Notes: generated by a model not told the origin, from the letters alone. Positions 47,360-56,785 are shown, counted from the stretch's first letter. The stretch: DNA of 64,000 bases from Candidatus Marinacidobacterium sp. (GCA_965204755.1 OZ242011.1:1792001-1856000); one strand, 5' to 3'. Numbers and translations are program-made.

Positions 47360-48103
47360 CTAGGCGGGTTCGGGTCGTTCCCGGCCTTTCCCCCGCCGGC
47401 GCGGGGCCGGGCCGACCACCAGCGTGATCTCTCCGCGCATCGCCTCGGCCTCGACTTCGGCGGCGAGGGCGGAGAGGAGACCGAACCGGTTCTCCTCGAA
47501 CCGCTTGGTCATCTCGCGGCTGAGCGAGGCCTCCCGCTCCCCCAGCCGCTCCGCCAGGTCGCGCAGCAGCGCCGCCACCCGCCGGGCCGACTCGAACAGG
47601 ACCAGCGACCCCGGCGCCGCCGCCGCCCGGTCGAGGAACCGCCGCCGCGCCGCCCCCCGCCGGGGCGGCGGGAACCCGAGGAAGGTGAAGCAGTCGGTCG
47701 GCAACCCGGACACGGAGAGCGCCGCGGTGACCGCCGACGGCCCCGGCGCCGCCCGCACCGGAATCCCCGCGAGCCGCGCCGCCCGCACCAGCCGGTAGCC
47801 GGGGTCGGACAGCAGCGGCGTCCCGGCGTCGCAGACCAGCGCGACGGCTTCCCCGGCCCGGAGCCGGCCGATCAGGAAGTCCGTCCGCTCCGCCTCGTTG
47901 TGCTCGTGGTGCGAGACGAGCCGGGCGCCGAGTTCGAACCGGGTCACCAGTTTCCGCGTCACCCGCGTGTCCTCGCACGCCAGATGACGGACCCCGCGCA
48001 GGGTCTCCACCGCGCGAGGCGAGAGATCCCCCAGGTTCCCGATGGGCGTGGCCACGACGAACAGCACCCCCGGCGCGGCCCGTCCGTCTTCGCGCGTCTC
48101 CAC
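47360..48103 (-). CDS. rsmI: 16S rRNA C1402 2'-O-methyltransferase
   Basis: LFVVATPIGNLGD, CEDTR, DAGTPLLSDPG, PGPSA, FESARR, REMTKRFEE, RGEI. Confidence 0.95.
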   Translation of the reverse strand: METREDGRAAPGVLFVVATPIGNLGDLSPRAVETLRGVRHLACEDTRVTRKLVTRFELGARLVSHHEHNEAERTDFLIGRLRAGEAVALVCDAGTPLLSDPGYRLVRAARLAGIPVRAAPGPSAVTAALSVSGLPTDCFTFLGFPPPRRGAARRRFLDRAAAAPGSLVLFESARRVAALLRDLAERLGEREASLSREMTKRFEENRFGLLSALAAEVEAEAMRGEITLVVGPAPRRRGKGRERPEPA

Positions 48104-48184
48104 AGACCCCGCAACCGTACCGGGCGCCGTCGCCGCCTCGCCGCCACTTGGGGGTCGCGCCGGGAAGAGTTTCGGCCCCGATGA

Positions 48185-48520
48185 AGGTCTCGATCCGCAG
48201 TATCGAGTCGGCCAGGGTGTCGATCCGCGAGTCCGGGGCGAGGGCGGAGGGTGTCGATCCGCGAGTCGGGCGGGCCGAGGGGTGTCGATCTGGGAGTCCG
48301 GGCGGGGGCGAAGGGTGTCGATCCGCGAGTCCGGGCGGGGGCGAAGGGTGTCGATCCGCGGGCCGGGCCGGGGGCGAAGGGTGTCGATCCGCGGGCCGGG
48401 CCGGGGGCGAAGGGTGTCGATCCGGGAGTTCGGGCCGGGACGCAGGGTGTCGATCCGCGGGCCGGGCCGGGGGCGAAGGGTGTCGATCCGCGAGTCGGGC
48501 GGGCCGAGGGGTGTCGATCC
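48185..48520. repeat. Tandem array of 10 (+1 degenerate) 31-34 bp units, core GGGTGTCGATC
   Basis: Cores start at 48215, 48249, 48280, 48313, 48346, 48379, 48412, 48445, 48478 and 48509; six consecutive spacings of exactly 33 bp. Confidence 0.95.
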
Positions 48521-48642
48521 GTCCGCCCGAGAGGCCCGGGGCGCCGACGCCGAGTCCGGCAGGTCAGCCGGCGCGGGCGCCAGCCGCGCCGGCTGCCGCC
48601 ACGGCCCGAGGTCCGCTCGACGAACCGCCGCCATGCTCAGTC

Positions 48643-48812
48643 AGGCCCGGAAGGTCTTTCGCAAACCCTCGAATGCGAGAGGGGACTGCGCCTGGTAGTC
48701 CCCGTGGGGCCGCTCGGTGGCGCCGCAATGCCCTCCGCTCGGTAAGCCCGAGTCCCTTGTTTTGGAGTTGCCAGGCGCTCCTCAACCAGTTGGTGGAGCT
48801 AGTAGGACGCGG
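48643..48812 (+). ncRNA. Candidate structured RNA (family not identified)
   Basis: Long-range stem 48688-48702/48764-48778 with G-U pairs favouring the + strand, internal hairpins, and an alternative hairpin 48681-48703; intergenic between divergent genes. Confidence 0.4.
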
Positions 48813-49001
48813 CCCTTTCGAATGATGGTAGCGCGGACCGATACCGGTCGTCCGGCCTCTGGTGAGCAGGCGGCGAAGGCGCCCCAACCGGCGAATCCGG
48901 CGGGAACACGGAGAATTGGGCGCGCCGGCGCTCCGGCCCGGCCCCCCGTCGCGGCGACCCCTCGCCCGGCGCCCGCCACCCCCCGCCTCCGACCTCGACC
49001 C

Positions 49002-50051
49002 ATGGACTCCCTCCGCAGCGCTTACGCCGGACGCCGGGTCGTGGTTACGGGCGGCGCGGGTTTCATCGGGAGCCACCTCGCCGCCCGGCTTGCCGGGCTC
49101 GGCGCGGAAGTCGCGGCGCTGGATTCGTTCGCCCCCGGTTCCGGCGCCGATCCCCGGAACCTCCCCACCGCCGAATCGGCGCGACCGGGGCGGATCGAAC
49201 TCCACCGGGGCGACCTCCGCGACCGGGACGCCGCCGGCGCCGCCCTCTCCGGCGCGGAGGCGATCTTCCACTTGGCCGCCGCCAACGGCCACCGGGAGAG
49301 CATGATCCGCCCGACCGCCGACTACGAAGGCAACCTCGCGTCCGGCGTCGCCCTCTTCGCCGCCGCCTCGGCCCGCGCCCCCGCGGCCCGGATCGTCTTC
49401 GCCGGCACCCGCCAGATCTACGCCCCGGCGGGGCCGGAACCAGGCCGCCGCCTGCCGGCGACCGAGGCGCACCCGGTCTCCCCGCCCGATGTCCACGGCG
49501 TCCACAAGGAGGCCGTCGAACACCTGGGCCGCCACTGGGCGCGAACCGGCCCCGGGTCGTTCTCCGTCCTCCGCCTGACGAACACCTACGGCCCCCGCCA
49601 GCCGCTCGCCGGCCCCGGCGCCGGCTTCACCGGGGCTTTTCTGGCGCAGGCCCTCGCCGGAGACGAGATCCAAATCCTCGGCCCGCCCGGACTCCTTCGC
49701 GACCTGGTGCAGGTGGACGACGCGGTGGACGCTTTCCTGCTCGCCGCGGCCCCGACCGCCCCCGCCGGAACCTGGAACCTCGGCGCCGACCCGGTGACCC
49801 TCGAAGACTTCGCCCGCGCCGTCTTCCGCGCCCTCGGCCGCCCGCCGCGCCTCCGCTCCGGCCCGCTTCCGCCGGGCCTCGCCGGCGCCGCCCTCGGCGA
49901 CTTCCACTCGGACTGGAGCGCGATCCACCGCGACCTCGGTTGGTCGCCCCGCCGCCCGCTGGACGAAGGCCTCGCCGAAACGGTCCGCCACTTCCTCCGC
50001 TCAAGCGTCTCGCCCGCCGCTTCGCCCCCCGTTTCGCCCGCCGCGCCATGA
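49002..50051 (+). CDS. NAD-dependent nucleotide-sugar epimerase/dehydratase
   Basis: VTGGAGFIGSHL, FHLAA, LRLTNTYGPRQ, LRDLVQVDD; the YxxxK motif reads HGVHK. Confidence 0.88.
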   Translation: MDSLRSAYAGRRVVVTGGAGFIGSHLAARLAGLGAEVAALDSFAPGSGADPRNLPTAESARPGRIELHRGDLRDRDAAGAALSGAEAIFHLAAANGHRESMIRPTADYEGNLASGVALFAAASARAPAARIVFAGTRQIYAPAGPEPGRRLPATEAHPVSPPDVHGVHKEAVEHLGRHWARTGPGSFSVLRLTNTYGPRQPLAGPGAGFTGAFLAQALAGDEIQILGPPGLLRDLVQVDDAVDAFLLAAAPTAPAGTWNLGADPVTLEDFARAVFRALGRPPRLRSGPLPPGLAGAALGDFHSDWSAIHRDLGWSPRRPLDEGLAETVRHFLRSSVSPAASPPVSPAAP

Positions 50052-51229
50052 GGATCCCGTTCCAGCGGATGGACATCGCCCGCGACCCCGAGGTCGCGGA
50101 CGCGCTCCGGCGGGTCCACGAGTCCGGCCGCTTCGTCCTCGGCCCGGAAGTCGAGGCCTTCGAGACCGAGTTCGCCTCCGCGCTCGGCGTCCGCCACGCG
50201 GTCGGCGTCGCCTCGGGCACCGACGCGATCACGCTCACCCTCGCCGCGCTCGGCATCGGCCCCGGCCGGCGCGTCCTGACCACCGCCTTCTCCGCCGGCT
50301 ACACCGCGCTCGGCGTCATCCGCGCCGGCGCTGCGCCGGTCTTCGCCGATGTGGAGCCCTCGACCCTCTGCCTCGACCCCGCCGCCGCGGAGCGCGTCCT
50401 CACCCGCGAACTCGACCGCGAGTCCCGCCGCCGGCGCTCCGGAGCCCCGGGCGGAGGCCGCCTCGCCGCCCTCCTCCCGGTCCACCTCTACGGCCACCCG
50501 CCCGCCGGCTGGGAGCGCCTGCTCGAACTCGCCGCCGCCCACGACCTCCCGGTCGTCGAGGACGCCTGCCAAGCCCACGGCGCCCGGTACCGCGGCCGGC
50601 CGCTCGGCTCCTTCGGCCGCGCGGCCGCGTTCAGTTTCTACCCCACGAAGAACCTCGGCGGCCTCGGCGACGGCGGCGCGGTCGCCACCGACGACCCCGA
50701 CCTCGCGGCCGCTGTCCGCTCCCTCCGCCAAGGCGGCGAAGACGCCGCCCGCCGCCACCTCCGCCCCGGCTGGAACAGCCGCCTCGACGAGATCCAGGCC
50801 GCCGTCCTCCGCGTCCGCCTGCGCACCCTCGAGGCCCGCAACGAGCGCCGCCGCGCCTTGGCCGACCGCTACCGCGCCCGGCTCTCCGGCCTGCCCGTCC
50901 GCCTCGTCGAACCCGACCCCGCCGCGCCCTCTCACACCGAAAGCGCCCGCCACCTGCTGGTCGTCCGCGCCGCCCGCCGAGACGCCCTCCGCCGCCACCT
51001 CGCCGCCGCCGGCGTCGGCGCGCTGGTCCACTACCCGGAAACCCTCCCCTCCCAACCGGCCTTCCGCCCCACGGGAGACCCGCCCGAACGCTTCCCCGAA
51101 GCCGAACGGGCGGCCGCCGAGGTCCTGAGCCTCCCCCTCTACCCCCTGCTCCGGGAAGCCGAAGTGGACGAAGTCGCCGAAACCATCGCCGCTTTCGACC
51201 CGGCCGCCCGCGGCGCGGTGGCAGAATAG
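50048..51229 (+). CDS. DegT/DnrJ/EryC1/StrS PLP-dependent aminotransferase
   Basis: ASGTDA, PVHLYG, EDACQAHG, FSFYPTKNLGGLGDGG, NSRLDEIQAA, LSLPLYP. Confidence 0.93.
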   Translation: MRIPFQRMDIARDPEVADALRRVHESGRFVLGPEVEAFETEFASALGVRHAVGVASGTDAITLTLAALGIGPGRRVLTTAFSAGYTALGVIRAGAAPVFADVEPSTLCLDPAAAERVLTRELDRESRRRRSGAPGGGRLAALLPVHLYGHPPAGWERLLELAAAHDLPVVEDACQAHGARYRGRPLGSFGRAAAFSFYPTKNLGGLGDGGAVATDDPDLAAAVRSLRQGGEDAARRHLRPGWNSRLDEIQAAVLRVRLRTLEARNERRRALADRYRARLSGLPVRLVEPDPAAPSHTESARHLLVVRAARRDALRRHLAAAGVGALVHYPETLPSQPAFRPTGDPPERFPEAERAAAEVLSLPLYPLLREAEVDEVAETIAAFDPAARGAVAE

Positions 51230-51235
51230 GCCCGA

Positions 51236-52084
51236 ATGGCAAGCGACCGGGGCCGGCGGAGTTCCGTGCTCTGCCCCGGCTGCGGCCAGTTGGTCGGCGT
51301 CCGCGACGCCGAGTGCCTGAACTGCGGCCGCCGCCATCCCGGACTCTTCGGCGCGGCGGCCTTCCTCCGCCTCGACGGTCCGGGCCTCCTCGGGCTGGTG
51401 GTCGGCGCGAACGCCGCGCTCTTCCTCCTGTCCCTGGCGCTCAGCGTCGGCGACATCGGCTTCGGCGGCCTTCTGGGTTTCCTCAGTCCGGACGGGAACG
51501 CGCTGTTCCAACTCGGCGCCGCCGGCGGCCTCCCGGTCTTCGCCCTGGGCAAGCCCTACTCCCTGCTCAGCGCCGGCTGGCTCCACGGCGGCCTGCTCCA
51601 CATCGGCCTCAACATGTACTGGTTGTGGAACCTGTTCCCGCCGGTGCGCGAGGCCTTCGGCGCCGCCCGGACGCTGGTGATCTACCAGGCCGCGGCGGGA
51701 ACCGGCTTCCTGCTGTCGTCGTTCTTGGGCGCATATGGCCCGGCCATCCCGATCTTCGGCGGCGCGCCCTCCATCACCGTCGGCGCTTCCGCGTCGCTCT
51801 GCGGCCTGCTCGGCGCGCTGCTCTACTACGGCAACCGCACCAGTTCCGCCTTCGCCCGGCAGATCTGGCGGTATGTGATCATGATCGGCATCTTCGGCGC
51901 CCTGGTCCCGGGCATAGACAACGCCGCTCACCTCGGCGGTTTCCTCGGCGGCTACCTGACCGCCTCGGCCTTCGGCGCCTTCACGCCGGAGCGGGGCAAG
52001 CACGCCCTCTGGGCGCTCGGCCTGCTCGCCGCCAGCGGCCTCGCGGTGCTCGGTTCACTCGCGGGCATTTCCTTCCGCGGCTGA
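51236..52084 (+). CDS. Rhomboid intramembrane serine protease with N-terminal zinc ribbon
   Basis: CPGC...CLNC; LHGGLLHIGLNM; GASA catalytic serine; NAAHLGG catalytic histidine. Confidence 0.9.
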   Translation: MASDRGRRSSVLCPGCGQLVGVRDAECLNCGRRHPGLFGAAAFLRLDGPGLLGLVVGANAALFLLSLALSVGDIGFGGLLGFLSPDGNALFQLGAAGGLPVFALGKPYSLLSAGWLHGGLLHIGLNMYWLWNLFPPVREAFGAARTLVIYQAAAGTGFLLSSFLGAYGPAIPIFGGAPSITVGASASLCGLLGALLYYGNRTSSAFARQIWRYVIMIGIFGALVPGIDNAAHLGGFLGGYLTASAFGAFTPERGKHALWALGLLAASGLAVLGSLAGISFRG

Positions 52085-52121
52085 CCGCCCGCCCCGCGAA
52101 CCACAGGAGGTACACGAAGCG

Positions 52122-52352
52122 ATGGCTCAACTCGTCCGGCCCCGCGAGGGCCGCCTGGTGCTCGGCGTCTGCGCCGGCCTCGCCGACTGGTGGTCGGTGG
52201 ACCGCACGCTCCTGCGGATCCTCTATGTGCTGGTCAGCGTCTGTTCCGCGGCCTTCCCCGGCATCCTCTGCTACCTGGTGCTGGGCATCCTGATGCCGCC
52301 GGAAGAGGAGCCCGCCGCGCCGGCGACCCCGCCCCCTCCTCCCGCCGCCTGA
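52122..52352 (+). CDS. PspC domain protein
   Basis: LVRPREGRLVLGVCAGLADWW.VD.TLLR...YLVLGILMP; AGGAGG RBS. Confidence 0.88.
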   Translation: MAQLVRPREGRLVLGVCAGLADWWSVDRTLLRILYVLVSVCSAAFPGILCYLVLGILMPPEEEPAAPATPPPPPAA

Positions 52353-52440
52353 CCTGACCGAGCCCCCGGGCGTCGCTGCTTCGCTCTCCGGCGTCCGGCT
52401 GCGCCTCGCCGGCGGCGGCGAAGGCCGGGCGCTCCTCGGG

Positions 52441-53148
52441 TTGACCCGGGACCCCGCGCAGTCGAAGCGCGACTTCCTCGCGGCGGTCCTGGCCTGGGCG
52501 GACGGCTCGGCCCTGACGGTCGCGGCCCTCCCGGTGGCCGCGCCCGCCCTCCTGGCCGACTTCCGCAGCCTCGGCTTCGACGACGCCGGCATCCTGCCCT
52601 CGTTCGCCGCGCCCACGCGCCCCGGCGCGCTCCGCCGGGCGCTCGCCGCCGCCCTCCTCCCCTCCGCTCCCGCGGCCCCCGAAGTCGAAGTCGTCCCCGA
52701 AGTCCTCCCCGCCGCCGCCCGCGCGGAAGTCCGCTCCCGCCTAGCCCCCTCGTTCGAGGTCCTCGCCGAAGGGGGCGCGGACTCCGGGGCGCCGCTCTCC
52801 GGCGTCTGGCTTCGCCGCGGCGGACAGCCCGTCGCCTACGCCGTCTGGCGGACACCGCCGTCCGCCGCGGCCGCGCCCGTCCGGGTCGAGGACTGGCTCG
52901 CTCCCCCGACCGAGTCGGCGGTCACCGCCGCCCTCGCCCGCGCCGCCCTCGCCGCCGCGGGGAACGCCCCCGAACTCGTCTTCTCCACCCCCCACCGCCG
53001 GCTCGGCCTCCACCTCCGCCTCGCTCGGTTCCTCCCCCGCACCGGTGACTCCCGCCTCCTCGTCCGCTCCCCCGGCGCCCGCGCCGCGCGAACCCCCGAT
53101 CCCGCCGGCTGGCACCTCGCCTCCGCCGCGCGGATCGAACCCGCCTGA
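52441..53148 (+). CDS. Hypothetical protein, possibly GNAT-like C-terminal half (start uncertain)
   Basis: Native codon usage; beta-strand pattern VAYAVWR...VRVEDWL; ends just before the tRNA pair. Confidence 0.5.
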   Translation: MTRDPAQSKRDFLAAVLAWADGSALTVAALPVAAPALLADFRSLGFDDAGILPSFAAPTRPGALRRALAAALLPSAPAAPEVEVVPEVLPAAARAEVRSRLAPSFEVLAEGGADSGAPLSGVWLRRGGQPVAYAVWRTPPSAAAAPVRVEDWLAPPTESAVTAALARAALAAAGNAPELVFSTPHRRLGLHLRLARFLPRTGDSRLLVRSPGARAARTPDPAGWHLASAARIEPA

Positions 53149-53183
53149 GCCGCGTTATACTCGCCGGTTCCACCTCGCGGGGC

Positions 53184-53258
53184 GCCGCTATCGTCTAGGG
53201 GTTAGGACGGGTGGTTCTCAGCCATCAAACCGGGGTTCGAATCCCCGTAGCGGTACCA
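53184..53258 (+). tRNA. tRNA-Glu (anticodon CTC)
   Basis: Acceptor GCCGCTA/TAGCGGT, anticodon loop TT-CTC-AG, GGTTCGAATCC T-arm, encoded CCA. Confidence 0.95.
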
Positions 53259-53325
53259 CTCGCGGGGTATTCGTCGTTCCGGCAGCCTTTCGGCTTTCGC
53301 GCCCGGGCTGGTTCGGTCGAAGGTT

Positions 53326-53401
53326 GCGCCCTTAGCTCAGCGGACAGAGCAACAGGCTACGAACCTGTAGGTCGGGTGTTCGAATCGCCCAGGGCGCGCC
53401 A
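53326..53401 (+). tRNA. tRNA-Arg (anticodon ACG)
   Basis: Acceptor GCGCCCT/AGGGCGC, TAGCTCAG D-arm, loop CT-ACG-AA, TTCGAAT T-loop, CCA. Confidence 0.95.
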
Positions 53402-53449
53402 CTCGGGCGCGGGCGCTCCCCGCGTAACCCGGAAGGAAGGCAGGCGGCG

Positions 53450-54982
53450 ATGTTCCGTTTCCGAAGTCTGAGTCGAATCCGGCGCGTTTCCGGCGCCGTC
53501 GCGTTGAGCGCCGTCTTCGTCCCGGCGCTGCCCGCCGCGGCCCCGCAGGAGCGCGACCTCGACCTGGTGATCTCCCGCGGCCGCGTCCTCGACCCGGAAA
53601 CCGGCCTCGACGCGGTGCGCGATGTCGGCGTCACCGGCAACGAGATCGCCGTCATCAGCCGCGAAGTCCTCACGAACCGCCTCCGCCAGGGCGGAACCCT
53701 GCTCGACGCCTCCGGCAAGGTCGTATCGCCCGGCTTCATCGACCTCCACGCCCACGGCCAATCCGTGGAGGCCAACCGCTACCAGGCGATGGACGGCGTG
53801 ACCACCGCGCTCGAACTCGAAGGCGGCGTCCCCCGCGTGGCGCGATTCCTCGAGAGCCGCGCCGGAAACGCCATCCTCCACTACGGCGCCGCCGTCTCCC
53901 ACGGCGGCCTGCGCCTTCTCGGGATCCCCGACATCGCGGAACAGGTCGGGGAGATCCTCGACACGGAGAGCACCGGCGGCGAACTCATCATCGAGCACGC
54001 CAACCTCCTCCGTGAAGGCAACTACACCGCGGTCCCTCCGGGGCGGTACTCGGTCGTCAACGACGCGATCACCGCGGAACTCCGCGCCGGCGGCCTCGGC
54101 ATCGGGATGCCCCACCAGTACTACCCCGGCGCGAACCACACCGAGATCTACCGGATGTTCGAGTTGGCCGCCGAACTCGATGTCCCGATCTACACCCATG
54201 TGCGCGACATGGCGATCTCCGCCATCCAGGAAGTCCTGTCCAACGCGCTCGCCACCGGCGCCCCCCTCCACATCGTCCACCTGAACAGTTCGAGCCTCCA
54301 CCACCTGCCGGTAACCCTGGACCTCATCGCCGGCGCCCGCGCCGCCGGAGTGGATGTAACCACCGAAGCCTACCCCTACACCGCCGCCTCCACCGGCATC
54401 TCCTCCGCGATCTTCGACGAAGGCTGGCAGGAGAAACTGGGAATGACCTACGGCGACATCCAGATGCAGGACACCGGAATCCGCCTCACCGAAGAAACCT
54501 TCGACCTGTTCCGCGAAGAAGGCGGCACCGTCATCATGCACATGATGAAACCGGAGTTCATCGAGTTGGCGATGCGCACCCCCTTCGTCATCGTCGCCTC
54601 CGACGGAATGCCCTACGCCCCCGGCGCGCATCCCCGCTCCGCCGGCACTTTCTCCCGCGTCCTCGGCCGATATGTCCGCGACTGGAATGTCCTGTCGCTG
54701 AACGACGCCATCCGCCGCATGACCCTGCTGCCGGCGGAACGCCTCCAGGAAATCGCCCCCCTCATGCGCCGCAAGGGCCGCATCCAGATCGGCGCCATCG
54801 CCGACCTCACCGTCTTCGACCCGGCCACGATCATAGACACCGCCACCTTCGAGGACGACCTCTCCTACTCCGAGGGCGTCCACCATGTCGTCGTGGACGG
54901 CACCCCGGTCGTCCGGGACGGCGCCCTGCTGGAAGACGTCTTCCCCGGCAAACCCCTCGTCGGCCGCTACACTTCGGAGTAA
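53450..54982 (+). CDS. Secreted amidohydrolase (D-aminoacylase/D-glutamate deacylase family)
   Basis: Signal peptide; PGFIDLHAH, TEAYPY, ASDG, HPRSAGTF, KGRI..GA.ADLTVFD. Confidence 0.88.
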   Translation: MFRFRSLSRIRRVSGAVALSAVFVPALPAAAPQERDLDLVISRGRVLDPETGLDAVRDVGVTGNEIAVISREVLTNRLRQGGTLLDASGKVVSPGFIDLHAHGQSVEANRYQAMDGVTTALELEGGVPRVARFLESRAGNAILHYGAAVSHGGLRLLGIPDIAEQVGEILDTESTGGELIIEHANLLREGNYTAVPPGRYSVVNDAITAELRAGGLGIGMPHQYYPGANHTEIYRMFELAAELDVPIYTHVRDMAISAIQEVLSNALATGAPLHIVHLNSSSLHHLPVTLDLIAGARAAGVDVTTEAYPYTAASTGISSAIFDEGWQEKLGMTYGDIQMQDTGIRLTEETFDLFREEGGTVIMHMMKPEFIELAMRTPFVIVASDGMPYAPGAHPRSAGTFSRVLGRYVRDWNVLSLNDAIRRMTLLPAERLQEIAPLMRRKGRIQIGAIADLTVFDPATIIDTATFEDDLSYSEGVHHVVVDGTPVVRDGALLEDVFPGKPLVGRYTSE

Positions 54983-54984
54983 CG

Positions 54985-55629
54985 GTGCGAGCCGCGGGGC
55001 CTCCCCGGGCTCCGGCCTCCCGCGCGGTAACCGCCGGGGGGCGATGGGCCTTCGCTACGGAAACCGCGCTTCCTTCCCCGTCCCGGAAAGCGGGAACGGC
55101 CGACGACGAGGCCAACGCCTTTCCGGAAGCGCCGACCTCGGACCTCGTGGCGCGCACGATCGCACTCTGGAGAAATCGGGATCGCTACGGGACCGCCGAT
55201 TCTCGGGCGCACCGAGACACCATGGGCGAGGGACAGCATTCCTCGCCCCGAACCCCGATCTTCCCTCTCCGGGCGCCCAGCCCGCTCCCCCTTTCGCAGG
55301 TCTCGCTCTATCCTCTTCAGGAGTGGGAAGGATTCGTCACGGAGGTCCATAAGGATTCCTTCGGCGTCCGTCTGCTCAACCTTACTGCGGGCGACCCATA
55401 TCCCCGAGAGACTGCGAAGATCCCGTTGGAGGAGATCTCTGGGGCGGACGCGGCCAGGATGGGGGCCGGGAGCATCTTCCGCTGGGTCATCGGTTACCGC
55501 CGCAACCTGTCCGGAACGAAAGAACGAACCTCCACGATCGTCTTTCGGACTCTACCCGGGGTTACGGAATCTCAACTCCGCGAAGCCGAGGCTTGGGCGC
55601 GTGACATTCAGAAGATCTTCTCGGACTAA
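54985..55629 (+). CDS. Hypothetical protein (lower-GC 3' half; start uncertain, possibly 55222)
   Basis: Compact C-terminal domain QEWEGFVTEV...FRWVIGY...IVFR; atypical codon use. Confidence 0.55.
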   Translation: MRAAGPPRAPASRAVTAGGRWAFATETALPSPSRKAGTADDEANAFPEAPTSDLVARTIALWRNRDRYGTADSRAHRDTMGEGQHSSPRTPIFPLRAPSPLPLSQVSLYPLQEWEGFVTEVHKDSFGVRLLNLTAGDPYPRETAKIPLEEISGADAARMGAGSIFRWVIGYRRNLSGTKERTSTIVFRTLPGVTESQLREAEAWARDIQKIFSD

Positions 55630-55699
55630 CCGGCCGCGCCGCTCGCGGAGCGACTGATCGACCCGGTTTCCCCCGTCCCGGAGACAACGACTCAGATCC

Positions 55700-56440
55700 G
55701 TGCGCTTCCTTCTTCTCCAAGTCCGGGCGCCGGGCGACCCGATGGCCGCGGAGGAGCAGTCGGCCTTCCGTCGCGCCCTGGGCGTCGCGCCGGATGCGGT
55801 CCGCCCCTTCGACCTGCTCTCCGGTGCCCCTTCGCCGCGGGAGTTCGCTGACGCCGACGCCGTCCTGATCGGCGGCAGCGGCGACTACTCGGTCGTGCGC
55901 GGCGGCGCCTGGCTCCCCGCCGCGCTCTCGGCGATGGAGACCCTGTTCGAAACCGCGAAGCCCACCTTCGCCTCCTGCTGGGGCTTCCAGGCGCTCGCCC
56001 GCGCCCTCGGCGGCCGCGTCGTCACCGACCACGCCCGCGCCGAAGTCGGCGTCCTCCCGCTCCACCTGACCGAAGCCGGCCTCCGCGACCCGGTGTTCGG
56101 CCCCATCGGCACCCCGTTCCACGCGGTCATCGGCCACGAAGACATCGTGGACGAACTCCCCCCCGGCGCGGTCTCGCTGGCGTCGAGCGACAACCTCCCG
56201 AACGAAGCCTTCACTTTCCCGGACAAACCGATCTACGCCACCCAGTTCCACCCCGAACTCGTCCGCGAAGACCTGGTCCGCCGCCTCGCCGCCTACCCCC
56301 CCTACCTGACCCTCGCCGGCGCCTCCAGCCTCGACGACTTCCGCGCCGCCAACCCCGAAACCGCCGACACCGCGTCCCTGCTGCGCCGTTTCGCGGCGGG
56401 AACCCGAACCCGGAGAGCCCCGCCCGCCAACCCTCGATAA
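55700..56440 (+). CDS. Class I glutamine amidotransferase
   Basis: IGGSG, SCWGFQ nucleophile elbow, QFHPE. Confidence 0.9.
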   Translation: MRFLLLQVRAPGDPMAAEEQSAFRRALGVAPDAVRPFDLLSGAPSPREFADADAVLIGGSGDYSVVRGGAWLPAALSAMETLFETAKPTFASCWGFQALARALGGRVVTDHARAEVGVLPLHLTEAGLRDPVFGPIGTPFHAVIGHEDIVDELPPGAVSLASSDNLPNEAFTFPDKPIYATQFHPELVREDLVRRLAAYPPYLTLAGASSLDDFRAANPETADTASLLRRFAAGTRTRRAPPANPR

Positions 56441-56785
56441 GACCGGTCGCCCGGATTCCGAGCACCTGAGTCCGGGCCCGGTCGGCGGCCGTTCGGGATT
56501 GGCGCCGGGGCGCCGGCTCGAAGACATACGACGAAATTTGTCGCTCTCTTGATCTATCGTTCCCGCCGCCGCCGGAAAGGGGGGTCGAGGTCGGCCCGTT
56601 GGGGGCTCTCCAGACGCTCCGAAGAGCGGCGAGGAAACGCCTATGCGATACTGCCCTACAATGAACATCGTGCGGCTCGGCACCCGACTCCGGAGTGCGC
56701 CGCGCAGAACGACGAAAGAAGATATCCAGAGCGAGGCCGGCGCTTCCCGGCGGTCGAGCGGACGGAGAAGGGAGATGCCGTCGAC

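Noticed and set aside
48185-48520. Tandem array as a CRISPR array
   Set aside because: The conserved core is only 11 bp, the linkers are ~22 bp and similar to one another rather than unique spacers, and no cas genes are in the window.
48104-48634. Long repeat-containing N-terminal extension of RsmI (ORF track 47360..48634)
   Set aside because: Repeat units of 31 and 34 bp change frame within the ORF; RsmI homology begins just after GTG 48103; open frames are common at this GC content.
48640-48660. SRP (4.5S) RNA, from GTCAGGCCCGGAAGG
   Set aside because: The conserved downstream (A/G)AGCAGC half of helix 8 and the long enclosing stem are missing.
48760-48805. glmS ribozyme (minus-strand AGCGCCTGG) or tmRNA/tRNA 3' end (AGCTCCACCA)
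   Set aside because: No GTTGACGAGG core follows for the ribozyme, and no T-arm or matching acceptor 5' strand precedes the CCA.
55700-56440. Stand-alone glutaminase partner for the truncated GlmS
   Set aside because: It is a class I (triad) amidotransferase, whereas GlmS uses a class II Ntn domain, and it lies ~10 kb away in a different context.
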